From the IMG/VR virus record IMGVR_UViG_3300037222_000084, positions 22,894-86,893 of that record: DNA of 64,000 nucleotides; one strand, written 5' to 3'. Source of the stretch: a virus. Under the pieces are notes generated by a model that made no database searches, was not told the DNA's origin, and saw only the letters and a program-made list of their open reading frames with translations. Positions 1-9,628 of this stretch are shown in pieces. Made by a program: the position numbers and the translations under genes. Numbering within the stretch: the stretch's first letter is position 1; each line of letters starts with the position of its first letter.

Positions 1-134
1 CCGATAAGCAAAGCGAAGCAGCACTTCGTGTATATCACATCTCAGTCAGTTTTAAAGCAGCGTTTTAGCAATTATTTTTAAGCTACATTTTTAACTACCC
101 GTAATATTTGGCTTAAACTATAAAATATTTATTT

Positions 135-163
135 TCTTGCGTTAGCTTTGGCTTTGGTATAAT
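135..163 (+). promoter_or_regulatory. sigma70-type promoter (extended -10)
   Basis: TGG-TATAAT at 155-163, weak -35; SD GAGGTG before ATG 182. Confidence 0.6.
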
Positions 164-181
164 CTACAAACGAGGTGAAAA

Positions 182-454
182 ATGTTCATACCACTAGAAA
201 ATCCGATTGTATGTGGCTACAAATTATTGGACCTGACCACCCACTACGAACTGCACTGGCGTAAGGGTGTCTTTCGTGGCGATCTCAAAAAGATAACCAC
301 CTATGCTGTCCTTGAACTTGGCTTTGAGACTGATGAGATCGAGCTAGCCGTACTGGAAATGAACAAGCATTTTCACAACGGATCAGAGTTTGGTATGATG
401 CGTCGATTCATGTTTACTTTTGAGACCAACGAAACCAATATGAAACTGCACTAG
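182..454 (+). CDS. hypothetical protein
   Basis: ORF with strong SD; first gene of a coupled run. Confidence 0.7.
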   Translation: MFIPLENPIVCGYKLLDLTTHYELHWRKGVFRGDLKKITTYAVLELGFETDEIELAVLEMNKHFHNGSEFGMMRRFMFTFETNETNMKLH

Positions 455-462
455 GAGATATC

Positions 463-783
463 GTGGAAGATTTTGACAAGGCTAGATGCATATTCTTAAC
501 GTTAATGGCGACCTTCATCGTCGCCATGCTTGTCTACTGCTTTTATCCGTTCAAGCCAGACTATATGGTTGGAGAATGTGGAGCTTTAAGACCACGAAGC
601 GAGCCTTGGGAAACACGAGACCTGTACGTAGACAAGATTCTGGAAGTTGGCAATAAGCATTACCGGCTAGCTGCTTTGAATCATACTAACCTACAAGCTT
701 ATCCAGAAGTAGAAGAGATTAGGCTTTTCGATAGGATTTATAAGAAAGTTGAATGTCCACCCGAACTAAAGGAAGTAAAATGA
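463..783 (+). CDS. hypothetical membrane-anchored protein
   Basis: SD AGGAG, N-terminal TM helix; resembles 3205..3498 (xVGEC after the TM). Confidence 0.65.
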   Translation: MEDFDKARCIFLTLMATFIVAMLVYCFYPFKPDYMVGECGALRPRSEPWETRDLYVDKILEVGNKHYRLAALNHTNLQAYPEVEEIRLFDRIYKKVECPPELKEVK

Positions 784-1175
784 AAAAGAAAGCATTAAAG
801 AAACTATCCCAAGCGTTACGATCTGGTCAATTTCAACAGTATCGCGGATCATGCTACAACACTAAGACTGGAGAATATTGCGTACTTGGTGTGGCCAACA
901 GCGTATTCGGCGGATTGACTGGTAAAGAACAGTCGGAGCTATATAGCCTTAGCGAATATACGGTTAAGGCTGTTGGGTTCTCAGATGAAATGCCATATTT
1001 CTTGGGAGTTGCCTTGCATATCCTTAATGATGGCGACTACAACGGGAAAGACTGGCTGAATACCTCCGATAAAGAAATTGGAGCTTTGACTTTCGACGAA
1101 TTGGCTGATCTGATTGACATTGCTTTGTTAGATGGTCCTAAAAAGTATTTCCACAAAAAAGGTGCAACTCTATGA
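780..1175 (+). CDS. hypothetical phage protein
   Basis: ATG 780 overlaps the upstream stop; ALRSG.F.Q / YCVLGVA / LND / TFDELADLI motifs common in phage hypotheticals. Confidence 0.65.
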   Translation: MKKKALKKLSQALRSGQFQQYRGSCYNTKTGEYCVLGVANSVFGGLTGKEQSELYSLSEYTVKAVGFSDEMPYFLGVALHILNDGDYNGKDWLNTSDKEIGALTFDELADLIDIALLDGPKKYFHKKGATL

Positions 1176-1465
1176 AATTCTTAATCATTACCCTTTTATT
1201 CTTGGCTGGCTGTGCTAAGTCCAACCCTACGACTACTTGCAGCATGAACTATAGCTGCTACAGCAGCAACATCGGTGGGTTCAATCTACTTTGCGTTGCG
1301 CAGTACGGCACGGGAACACGCTCTGGATCATTCACGGACCAAGACTCTGGCACTGCCGGTAACGAATGTGAAGCATGGGAGTTTGCGTTCATCAACTCAT
1401 ACGGATCTACTAGCTACCCATACGCGCATCCATCTGTAACTCAGTGTACTTGTTCTAGCAATTAG
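1172..1465 (+). CDS. Cys-rich lipoprotein
   Basis: Lipobox LAGC, 6 further Cys. Confidence 0.7.
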   Translation: MKFLIITLLFLAGCAKSNPTTTCSMNYSCYSSNIGGFNLLCVAQYGTGTRSGSFTDQDSGTAGNECEAWEFAFINSYGSTSYPYAHPSVTQCTCSSN

Positions 1466-1544
1466 ATTATGCTGGCGTCCAGGTCGATGGTAGACTGCGT
1501 AGAGTACCTACAGGGGCACCTTAGCTACGCCACCAGGCCAGCAT

Positions 1545-1898
1545 TTAAGTTTTTGGATCTTGATAGTAGATTGGCAATTCGGGTAGCGGCACAGACTGAC
1601 CACTCATTGAATGGGTACAGTCTCCGCAGAAGTTCAATATGCCATTTGTTAAGATGTAATGACAAACGAAAGGTAGTGCCTTTCCGTTAGCGTCTAGTTT
1701 CCATTCCCCAGTCCACTGACCATTCTCATCGGTTATGGTTTGAACGCCTGAATGTTTGAAGCTTGGAGTGAATGTTGGCTTATTGAGGTCGCCGTTGAAT
1801 GCCCATGTGTCTGGTAGAGAATGCGTCTCTTTACAGGCTGGACACCAATGCATGTAACCGTCTGTCTTCCTACGAAGGTAGGGACTGACTTGGCCCAT
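1545..1898 (-). CDS. DUF6527-like Zn-binding phage protein
   Basis: HWCPAC..H, W.FNG...PTF.PS, CH..LT.G...FC.DCTH motifs. Confidence 0.7.
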   Translation of the reverse strand: MGQVSPYLRRKTDGYMHWCPACKETHSLPDTWAFNGDLNKPTFTPSFKHSGVQTITDENGQWTGEWKLDANGKALPFVCHYILTNGILNFCGDCTHSMSGQSVPLPELPIYYQDPKT

Positions 1899-2221
1899 TA
1901 GGATTTCTTTTTATACCAATCATCAGCGACTGGCTTTTCTTGACTTGGCAAGTCATTCGACTGTTTTACTAAAGCGTCTGCTTGAGCATTGTCAGCGTTT
2001 TCCTGGGCTTGCAGGATGTTGCTAGCTGCGGTAGCCGCAGTGACTTCAGCCTTAGACTTAGCTGCCAACAGGCTAATCATTAAGCTAGAACCTTTAGCGA
2101 TCAAAACCAAAACACCAAAGATAAACAGGAAGATACGGTCGTTAGCCCACATGAATTTTAGGTCGGCCTGTAGACGAGCCCAGAACAGCGACAGTGCAGA
2201 TTTTACATCTTGTGCGTTCAT
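1898..2221 (-). CDS. membrane protein, possible spanin/lysis component
   Basis: TM helix followed by a coiled coil; coupled to neighbours. Confidence 0.5.
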   Translation of the reverse strand: MNAQDVKSALSLFWARLQADLKFMWANDRIFLFIFGVLVLIAKGSSLMISLLAAKSKAEVTAATAASNILQAQENADNAQADALVKQSNDLPSQEKPVADDWYKKKS

Positions 2222-2595
2222 TACTTCTTACCTACCATTTTGGTCAAAAGATCAATCAATCCAGAGTGTTGCTGTCTCAACTCATCGCGCAGGTTCTCGA
2301 TTTTATCGCCTAAGTTCTTGATTTCACTAGTATAAGTAGCTTTTAAATGATCCATGTCTTTATTCACTGAGACTTCTAAGCTATTGATTTTAACAGACAA
2401 AGCTTCGATTTTAGCTTCTAGCTTGGCTTTGATGACCGCATCGTCTTCCTTAGCTGCCTGAATGACTTTGGCGGCATATTCATCACGTTCCTTCCTAAAG
2501 TTCTTAAAAACCTTTTGAAGCGTAACTACAAGCGTGGCTATGCCAATCGCTAATCCAAGGGCACCATAATACTGAGCTTCGCCAAATTCCATCAT
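2221..2595 (-). CDS. membrane-anchored coiled-coil protein, possible holin/antiholin
   Basis: N-terminal TM plus coiled coil; late motif directly upstream. Confidence 0.5.
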   Translation of the reverse strand: MMEFGEAQYYGALGLAIGIATLVVTLQKVFKNFRKERDEYAAKVIQAAKEDDAVIKAKLEAKIEALSVKINSLEVSVNKDMDHLKATYTSEIKNLGDKIENLRDELRQQHSGLIDLLTKMVGKK

Positions 2596-2609
2596 AGTTT
2601 AAAGATTGT

Positions 2610-2637
2610 TTGACTTCGTGGAAACATGTGCTATAGT
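2610..2637 (+). promoter_or_regulatory. sigma70-type promoter
   Basis: TTGACT-N16-TATAGT with TG extension, ahead of the tRNA-like gene. Confidence 0.6.
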
Positions 2638-2646
2638 CACTGGTAT

Positions 2647-2728
2647 GGCCCCTGTAGCTCAGTTGGTAAGAGCGAACCCCATAGTGGGTGGTAAGAAGTG
2701 CGTGGGTTCAAATCCCATCAGAAGGCCA
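2647..2728 (+). tRNA. degenerate tRNA / tRNA-like RNA, isotype uncertain
   Basis: TAGCTCAGTTGGTAAGAGC D-arm, GTGGG-TTCAAAT-CCCAT T-arm, 3' CCA; imperfect acceptor stem and non-canonical anticodon loop. Confidence 0.6.
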
Positions 2729-2741
2729 TTTAAGGAGACGT

Positions 2742-3035
2742 ATGCGTCAAAAACTTGCTGATTTCTTCAATGCTTTCTTGGACTTACAGAAAGCCCTCAT
2801 CATGTTGCTTCTAATAATCATTGGGGTGACTTTCAGGGTGCTTAATCTGATCTCCGGTAGCGACATGGTTGACCTGCTTAAGAACACCGTGATAGCCTTC
2901 TTTGCGGTCCATGCTACGCAGCATATCGTGTCCACAGTCAACTCCTATTACAACAATAAGAATGCGCCAGACGACCCGCCAGACGATCCTAGTGACCCAT
3001 CTACGCCTCCGCCGCCACCTGGAGTTAAGCTGTGA
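2742..3035 (+). CDS. putative holin (2 TM, Pro/Asp-rich tail)
   Basis: SD AAGGAG, ATG 2742, two hydrophobic segments. Confidence 0.5.
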   Translation: MRQKLADFFNAFLDLQKALIMLLLIIIGVTFRVLNLISGSDMVDLLKNTVIAFFAVHATQHIVSTVNSYYNNKNAPDDPPDDPSDPSTPPPPPGVKL

Positions 3036-3208
3036 GCTGGAAGAAGCCTAAATGGGAAAAACCTAGAGTATTTGTGAATAGAAAAACAGGTGAGCTTATC
3101 GTAGCCCGTTACATGGTGTCAGTAGGTTGGTGGGGAGAAGTCTTGGGAAAAATTGAAATCTATTCAGGAATAGATGAAACGCAACACGTAGATTGTGGTG
3201 AATTATGA
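3032..3208 (+). CDS. small hypothetical protein (58 aa, not in ORF track)
   Basis: GTG overlaps the upstream TGA and its TGA overlaps ATG 3205; MSWKKPKWEKPRVFVNRKTGELIV... Confidence 0.55.
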   Translation: MSWKKPKWEKPRVFVNRKTGELIVARYMVSVGWWGEVLGKIEIYSGIDETQHVDCGEL

Positions 3209-3498
3209 GCCCAAACAAAGGCCTACTCAAATTTGCGATTGCGCTATGTCTCATCTTTGCACTCAGCAGGTTGGTTGAATTCATATACATTCATATCCCA
3301 CCGCACAAGGTAGGAGAGTGTTTCGTAATACCTGGCGTTACCGGATTGACAGCCAAGATAATCCATAACTTTCCGATAGATGGATTCTCCGACGTAGAAA
3401 TGACCTTCACATACAGACAATCCACGATAACCGATACTGCATTGGCCACGTTTACAGAACAGCGCCAAGACTTTGGAGAGAAAACCACATGTCTATAG
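3205..3498 (+). CDS. hypothetical membrane protein
   Basis: TM helix then KVGECF. Confidence 0.6.
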   Translation: MSPNKGLLKFAIALCLIFALSRLVEFIYIHIPPHKVGECFVIPGVTGLTAKIIHNFPIDGFSDVEMTFTYRQSTITDTALATFTEQRQDFGEKTTCL

Positions 3499-3890
3499 CC
3501 AAAATCGTTTCTTTAGTTGCCGCGTTAGCCATGTTCTCGAATACTGCATTTGCTGGCTGTGATTGGTCTACGATTGTAGCCAATTCAGATGGTACATATA
3601 CCTATTCAAAGACCTTGAATTTATGTGTGGGAAATTTAGTGCAAGACAACGCTACCAAGGCTCAGCAGGTTAGCGATCTGAATAAGGCGATCACTTTGAA
3701 GGACGCTGCTATTACCAAGTCGGACGCCAGGGCTCAACTTTGGCAGGACACTAGCTTAAAGTTAGAATCTAATATTCAGTCGATTGATTCTTATAAGAGC
3801 ACAAGCAATTGGGCATACTTTGCCCTTGGTGCATTGACGATCATTGGTGCAGGCGTAGCCGCAGCGCAAGTACACAGCTTAGGACGCTAG
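3489..3890 (+). CDS. secreted coiled-coil protein with C-terminal TM, possible spanin
   Basis: Signal peptide (AFA|GC), coiled coil, C-terminal hydrophobic helix. Confidence 0.5.
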   Translation: MSIAKIVSLVAALAMFSNTAFAGCDWSTIVANSDGTYTYSKTLNLCVGNLVQDNATKAQQVSDLNKAITLKDAAITKSDARAQLWQDTSLKLESNIQSIDSYKSTSNWAYFALGALTIIGAGVAAAQVHSLGR

Positions 3891-4159
3891 TCCTTTATCC
3901 AATTCCAAAGTTCATAGTCCGTTACGTCTATACCGTTAAGAATAGACGAAACACAATGGTTGGTCTGTTTGGCTAGAATCCAAGCAGCAGTATCAACGAA
4001 TTTTTTTGCCGGATATACAAACCATTTAGCTTTTCCAGAAAAGAAAGCCCTTCCTAGTCTTGAGCTTATAGTTTCTTCTGGAGAACCCAAAAGTAAAATA
4101 TTTGCAAATTCGTCTATCCCTAGAAGGATGTTGAAATAATAGCGAGAAACCCTGTTCAT
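3887..4159 (-). CDS. conserved tail-fibre-adjacent phage protein
   Basis: NILL.IDE.AN.LL.G.P.ETISSRLG...HC..SI motif. Confidence 0.65.
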   Translation of the reverse strand: MNRVSRYYFNILLGIDEFANILLLGSPEETISSRLGRAFFSGKAKWFVYPAKKFVDTAAWILAKQTNHCVSSILNGIDVTDYELWNWIKD

Positions 4160-4184
4160 ATTGGTTATTGTCCTTGTTATCGTA

Positions 4185-7100
4185 TTACTGAGTTTCTATA
4201 ACGTGATAATTCCACTGAAGAACATCTGTGGCGACTCCAGCAGATGCAAAGTTTATAGAAAATCCTGCTGTAGTTGATGTCACATACACTCCAAATATCA
4301 CGACGTTTTGTGCAGTCGTCGCATTGGTAGGCGTAATGACCACAATTGGAGCAACTCCGTATGCCGCATTGAAATTGACCGTAGTCTGCACTCCAGACGA
4401 CAGTGTGCCAATTGAACCCAAAGTAAGATTAACAACCCCTGCCGTATCCGTAGCATTGGCGACAGTACTTGTAGCTCCTGTACCAGCGTTGGCATTTACC
4501 GAAGCTGTGGGAGCGGTAGTTTGCGTTGACTTTATGTGACCGTTGTTTACGATCAAAACAGCGTCTGTAGACGCTACTGCTCCATTTAGTAAGCCAGCAT
4601 TGAGGTTGCTGTATACGAAGCTCCAATTGGCAGCCGTTGTTGGCGTTGCCACCAGTGCCGTAGCTACTAACTCTGTTTCAGATGCCATTGCTTGAATGAC
4701 GCTAGCGTTGGAAGACTGGACCGTAACAACACCCGTACTACTGTTAACAATCGTAAAGGTATCACCAGCAACTATACTTGTGGTTGGCAATTTTACGATT
4801 TGAGTTGTAACACCAGTGAAATACTGTTGAGCCTTAGAGCCCACCACCAAAGTGGTTGTTCCAGCAGCGGTCGCAGTAGTCGCAAAGCCTGATATAAAGC
4901 GATTCGCCGACATGTTTAGGTTGGCATCCCAACCAGCCCAAGAAGAAGCTGTTGCGGCAATAGTCACTGCGGTTTTCGCAGTTCCACCATTTGCAATGGG
5001 TAAGGCAGTGCCAGATAAAGTTACCGCCAACGTGCCAGATGTTGTGATGGGAGAACCAGCAATAGATAAAAATGCTGGAACGGACATCGCTACAGATGTA
5101 ACTGTTCCAGAGCCGCCTACGGTAGTCCAAGTAGGAGCGGCGGTTCCGCCACCAGATGTTAAAATCTGTCCCACGGTTCCGTTGGCCAAAAGCGCTGTTG
5201 TATTTACCGCCGTTTGATACGGTATAGAACCACCAAGTCCACCAGCAATATTCGTGGCGGTAGTTGCAGTCGTTGCACTTGTAGCGGTTGCGGCATTGCC
5301 GGTTGTACTTTGGTTAAGCGTAGGAATATCCGCAGCAACGATTAATCGAGCAGTTGGAGCGCCCGCCGAACCGTTAGGTGCGGCCAAGAAAGTGTTAGCA
5401 GCTTGAGACTGGAAGGTTAAAGTTCGAGTAGCTAGAGTGTAAGTGAACGGATTTGCCGTAACAACTGCTGCCGCCCAGTTCAAACCATCTGCGGCTGCCG
5501 AGTTAGCAACCAAGACGTTTCCATTGGCACCTACAGCAAGAACTGAGTCTCCTCCTACATTATTGGTGAGTAAACCACCTTTGACGCCAACGGCATCTAC
5601 GTGTTTGTAGAAATCAATATTCAATTCAGTTGAACTGATAGATTTACCGACGCCTACATACGTATCGTTGAATGGAGACGGTAGTGGAGAGATTTTTCCA
5701 GCAGTATTATCTATGTACTGTTCATAGCCAACAAATGGGCCGAAGCTGAATCCATTCATGTAGCCGCTTATGTAAATGTCTGCGACTGAACCAACAATAT
5801 TTGTGGCAAATCCCAGCATAACGCCAGGATCGCCAGAAATTGAGCCAGCCGCACCAGTAATAGTGGCTGGAACCCATTGCTGAGCGCCATCGGTCCACAT
5901 AACAACCATATGGTCTGTTACTGCACCGCTGATAGGGTTAGCCAAAAGGACGAGCGATGGAACTTGCGTAGCCGCCACAGCGTTAAGAACTCTATTGAGA
6001 AGAAAATTGTCTAATTGTAGATCCCACGCTGTAGCACTTGTGGTAGCGATGTGGAGAATGAGTCGATAATTTACGCTGTTCGCAGATGCTTTAAATTGAC
6101 CCACGAAAGTTTTAATGGTGCTTACGGGACCCTTTAAGGTTCTTAGCGGAACTACTGGGATTAAAACTGCGTTGGTAATATCGTAGACAAACACTTGTAC
6201 GTCAGAACTTGCGCCAAGAACCATTCCAGAAGAACCGTCATAGGCAAATGAAACTTGAAGTGTTTGGCCCTTATCTAGACTATTGATTATAAAATCTGTG
6301 CTTACGCCTTCGCCTTCGCGATTAGCTGCGTCCTTGCCGAGATCAAAACTAGCAGTTCCTATAATAGGATTGACCAAAGTTCTAGTGAATGTAACGCCCG
6401 TTACAACTCCGCCAGTTCCATCTACAGGCGCAACGTCTCCGCCATTAGCGGTGATATTGGCACCAGTTTCGTATTGCAAATTACCGGCTACCCCAGTAAT
6501 AGCAGCTGTGGCTAAAGCTACTGCTCCAGGAACGGCATCCCATGCAGCCTTAAGCTGTGTTGCTGTGGGGTTATTCGCTACAGTAGGTCCGTTATACCAA
6601 GCAACGGTGACGTGGGTAGACGACACAACCGTAACCAAAGGAGTAAGATAACTCTGTGTAGCATGAAATATGTAGTCGATGTCGATGCCATTACCAGCCG
6701 ACCCAGATGCAACTGCCGTAAACGTAATATCTTGTGCCACAACGAAGGCGGAAGCTGGATTACCCTGATCGTTATATAGATTCCATCCGGTCGTATTGAC
6801 TTCGGCATCTGGATTGGTTATATAATTGCCACGAGAAGCGTCAAGCTTATTGTTGAACGTGCTCCAATCTGCGGCTAACAAATATCCGTTGTGAGTCGCA
6901 TCTGCTACGTGCTGAGCAATAGAAGTGCCACTGCCGATGACAGCGCCTGTTCCGCCCGTAATAGTGATTCCATCAGTGCCTGCATCGGTGAGATTACCAA
7001 ATGTCAAAGCTGCTTGCTTATTGTTAAAAGTTGACCAGTCTGTTCCAGAAAGGGCACCTGTTACTCCAGCAGAAGCAATTCCTAGGCTTAATATTTGACC

Positions 7101-9080
7101 AGAAAGTCCTAATCCGCTTGGAGTACCTAGGGTTATGTCGCCAGTGTTGGTGCCCAAAAGAGCAGATACTGGGGATGGTATTCCGGTTATGCCACTCCAA
7201 GGTACAGAAGTCGCCGTGCCAGCCGTGTATACTGAGTATCCAGACGAATTGTTGAGATTGGTGTCGTCAATGACGAAATACATCAAGCCAGTGTCTGTCT
7301 GACTAACAGTATCGCCGTTTTGAACTGTCGCCGTCGTTAAGGCAAATCTGGCTGTTTGATTCGCAACAATCACTAAGCGCTCTAAAGCAGCAGGAGGAAT
7401 TTGCGTAATAGGAACTAATCCAGAAGCATCTAAGCTAGCATAGCCATTAGCTACGCCCTTGTTGGCAATATTTTCTGGGGTAAATCCCAATGCTGCTTGC
7501 TTAGAATTAAATGTGGTCCAGTCAGCGCTACTCAATAGTCCAGGCTGTGAACTTGAGGCTGTTTGTATATCAACCGTAACATTGGGACCAACTGTCGAGT
7601 TAGCACCAGATCCGACGCTTACGCCTGTAGTCGAAGTAGATATTGACCCAAATGTCAAAGCTGCTTGCTTATTGTTAAAAGTTGACCAGTCGGTCTGGGA
7701 TAAAAACCCGTTCGTAGAACCATCGGCCTGCGGAATAGATATGTTTGGATTAGCACCGCCAGAACTAGCCAACGGAGCACTCGCAGTTACAGACGCAACT
7801 CCTCCGCCACCGCCAGCGTCAACCTGAGCTTGTATTTTTTGAAAGGCTTGAAGGATCGTATCTGTTGCCAAAATCGCGCTATTGGGTCCAGAAGCAAATC
7901 CAGTAAGAAATTTACCGATAATCGCCGAATTGGATAGCGTAACTACGGTTGAACCAGGGCCAACTCCAGTGGCTTCACCTGTCAGCTGGGTGATAGCAGC
8001 AGGAGCACCCGAGATTTGCGAATAAGGCAGTGACAAGCTTGACAGTGTAGTCAGGGTAGAGTTGCTAAGTGCTGTAATATTTGCAGCGATACCAGTGGTA
8101 TCCTGATTGAGCGTAGGAAAATTTGATGCAATAGCAGCAGCAATGCTAGTTCCATTGCCGTATAGGATACCCGTGACAGTAGTGCTAATCGTGATTGCAG
8201 GAGTAGTTGTAGCTGTAGCTACAGTTCCAGCGAATCCATTTGCACTAGCAACGGAAACGGATGACACCGATCCGCTTCCAGCGACTGCCCATACGCCATC
8301 GGCACGCAGGAAATTGGTAGTTCCACCGCCAGAGGCAGGGACTGAACCATTAAGTAAATTTGTAAATACTGGTAAAATTGCATTGACTTGAGCAACGCTC
8401 AAAGCAATAGGAGTTGCCGTGCTGCCAGTATTGTTTCCAAGAATAGTATTTGAGGCAATACTTGGAAGCTGTGCAAGCGATGCTTGGCCAGTCAGCTGTG
8501 AAAACGGCAATGCCAAGGATACTAGTGTCGTAAGAGTAGAATTGGTAGACGCAGTGATATTAGCAGCTAGTCCAGTCGTGTCTTGGTTCCAAGTAGGGAC
8601 AGTGCCTGTCAGACCGCTGTACGGAACGCTAGCGGCGCTTCCAGCAGTGGTTGCGTGAGTGGCTGTCGCTGCGTTTCCAGTAGTGTTCTGATTCCACGTA
8701 GGAACAGCACCAGTCAGACCGCTGTATGGCACACTAGCGGCACTACCGGCAGAAGTCGCACTTGTAGCAGTCGCTGCGTTGCCGGTTGTACTTTGGTTCC
8801 AGGTTGGAACTGTTCCAGTCAATTGAGAATAAGGAAGTGCCAACGCAGACAGTGTAACCAAGGTAGCGTTTGATGTAGCTACTAAAGAGGCAACCTGAGA
8901 TCCTCCGCCAGGACCGGCAACAACGTCTCCAGTCAGTTGGTTTAAGCCACCAGCGCCCAATGCAGCAGCTAGGACAGAAAACGTAACGCTCTTGTTGACT
9001 CCACCTTGAACTAGAGTGTACAGGTCTGGACCACTGGTCGCGAAAGCTACTGGTAATTGTGAAATCTTAGTGTTTGCCAT
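4185..9080 (-). CDS. long tail fibre / receptor-binding protein
   Basis: 1631 aa, Gly/Thr/Ala-rich; N-terminal KISQLP motif; NQxTTGxA and DWSTFNNKQ repeats; KGVANGYASLD. Confidence 0.85.
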   Translation of the reverse strand: MANTKISQLPVAFATSGPDLYTLVQGGVNKSVTFSVLAAALGAGGLNQLTGDVVAGPGGGSQVASLVATSNATLVTLSALALPYSQLTGTVPTWNQSTTGNAATATSATSAGSAASVPYSGLTGAVPTWNQNTTGNAATATHATTAGSAASVPYSGLTGTVPTWNQDTTGLAANITASTNSTLTTLVSLALPFSQLTGQASLAQLPSIASNTILGNNTGSTATPIALSVAQVNAILPVFTNLLNGSVPASGGGTTNFLRADGVWAVAGSGSVSSVSVASANGFAGTVATATTTPAITISTTVTGILYGNGTSIAAAIASNFPTLNQDTTGIAANITALSNSTLTTLSSLSLPYSQISGAPAAITQLTGEATGVGPGSTVVTLSNSAIIGKFLTGFASGPNSAILATDTILQAFQKIQAQVDAGGGGGVASVTASAPLASSGGANPNISIPQADGSTNGFLSQTDWSTFNNKQAALTFGSISTSTTGVSVGSGANSTVGPNVTVDIQTASSSQPGLLSSADWTTFNSKQAALGFTPENIANKGVANGYASLDASGLVPITQIPPAALERLVIVANQTARFALTTATVQNGDTVSQTDTGLMYFVIDDTNLNNSSGYSVYTAGTATSVPWSGITGIPSPVSALLGTNTGDITLGTPSGLGLSGQILSLGIASAGVTGALSGTDWSTFNNKQAALTFGNLTDAGTDGITITGGTGAVIGSGTSIAQHVADATHNGYLLAADWSTFNNKLDASRGNYITNPDAEVNTTGWNLYNDQGNPASAFVVAQDITFTAVASGSAGNGIDIDYIFHATQSYLTPLVTVVSSTHVTVAWYNGPTVANNPTATQLKAAWDAVPGAVALATAAITGVAGNLQYETGANITANGGDVAPVDGTGGVVTGVTFTRTLVNPIIGTASFDLGKDAANREGEGVSTDFIINSLDKGQTLQVSFAYDGSSGMVLGASSDVQVFVYDITNAVLIPVVPLRTLKGPVSTIKTFVGQFKASANSVNYRLILHIATTSATAWDLQLDNFLLNRVLNAVAATQVPSLVLLANPISGAVTDHMVVMWTDGAQQWVPATITGAAGSISGDPGVMLGFATNIVGSVADIYISGYMNGFSFGPFVGYEQYIDNTAGKISPLPSPFNDTYVGVGKSISSTELNIDFYKHVDAVGVKGGLLTNNVGGDSVLAVGANGNVLVANSAAADGLNWAAAVVTANPFTYTLATRTLTFQSQAANTFLAAPNGSAGAPTARLIVAADIPTLNQSTTGNAATATSATTATTATNIAGGLGGSIPYQTAVNTTALLANGTVGQILTSGGGTAAPTWTTVGGSGTVTSVAMSVPAFLSIAGSPITTSGTLAVTLSGTALPIANGGTAKTAVTIAATASSWAGWDANLNMSANRFISGFATTATAAGTTTLVVGSKAQQYFTGVTTQIVKLPTTSIVAGDTFTIVNSSTGVVTVQSSNASVIQAMASETELVATALVATPTTAANWSFVYSNLNAGLLNGAVASTDAVLIVNNGHIKSTQTTAPTASVNANAGTGATSTVANATDTAGVVNLTLGSIGTLSSGVQTTVNFNAAYGVAPIVVITPTNATTAQNVVIFGVYVTSTTAGFSINFASAGVATDVLQWNYHVIETQ
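6997..7691. repeat. 44-bp exact direct repeat in the tail fibre (6997-7040, 7648-7691)
   Basis: CCAAATGTCAAAGCTGCTTGCTTATTGTTAAAAGTTGACCAGTC occurs twice. Confidence 0.9.
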
Positions 9081-9091
9081 AAATCATCCTT

Positions 9092-9544
9092 CTACTGAAG
9101 TAGAATTGTTCCAGAGCTATCTTCTAGCTCGAAAAAGTCGCCGTTTTCAAGCAATAGAAAGCTATCTTCAGGAGGAACGGGAAACTGACCGCTTTTGCTA
9201 CGTTTTATTACGATTCTGATTGGCCCTTTAGGAAAATTAGGCAGAAGGGTATGGTTCCAATACTCAAGCCAGAATTCCCCAAACAAATCAGCAGGTTGAA
9301 ACCTTTGACCCTGAATTAAATCAGGGAAATCCACATCATAGCCCAAGTTCGTATAGTACTTGTATATATCGTGTGGATTTACGTCACCAAACGTGGTAGC
9401 GCTGACGAAAGACACGTCAAGAGCTATGGCTGCTCGTATCTGCTTATCGGCGTCAGCTATAAACAATGCGTTATCAGCTGCTGTTAAAGCGGCTTTCTGT
9501 GCTTTTTGGGCCGCTAAAGCTGCGGAAGCTGGTATAGATGACAT
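9092..9544 (-). CDS. virion/tail-fibre-associated protein
   Basis: C-terminal FLLLENGDFFELEDSSGTILL motif typical of genes just before fibre genes; late motif upstream. Confidence 0.6.
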   Translation of the reverse strand: MSSIPASAALAAQKAQKAALTAADNALFIADADKQIRAAIALDVSFVSATTFGDVNPHDIYKYYTNLGYDVDFPDLIQGQRFQPADLFGEFWLEYWNHTLLPNFPKGPIRIVIKRSKSGQFPVPPEDSFLLLENGDFFELEDSSGTILLQ

Positions 9545-9570
9545 GCTATTAAGATTGTCATTAATCGCTA

Positions 9571-9600
9571 AAATGAAAAAGGCCCGACGAAGCGAGCCTT
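9571..9600 (-). terminator. intrinsic terminator after tail tube
   Basis: Minus strand AGGCTCG-CTTCGT-CGGGCCT-TTTTCATTTT. Confidence 0.75.
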
Positions 9601-9628
9601 AGACTTAATTTGAATGTAAAAATTATAA

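Noticed and set aside
2688-2741. N-terminal extension of the holin-like ORF given in the track
   Set aside because: Overlaps the tRNA-like element; a strong SD supports ATG 2742
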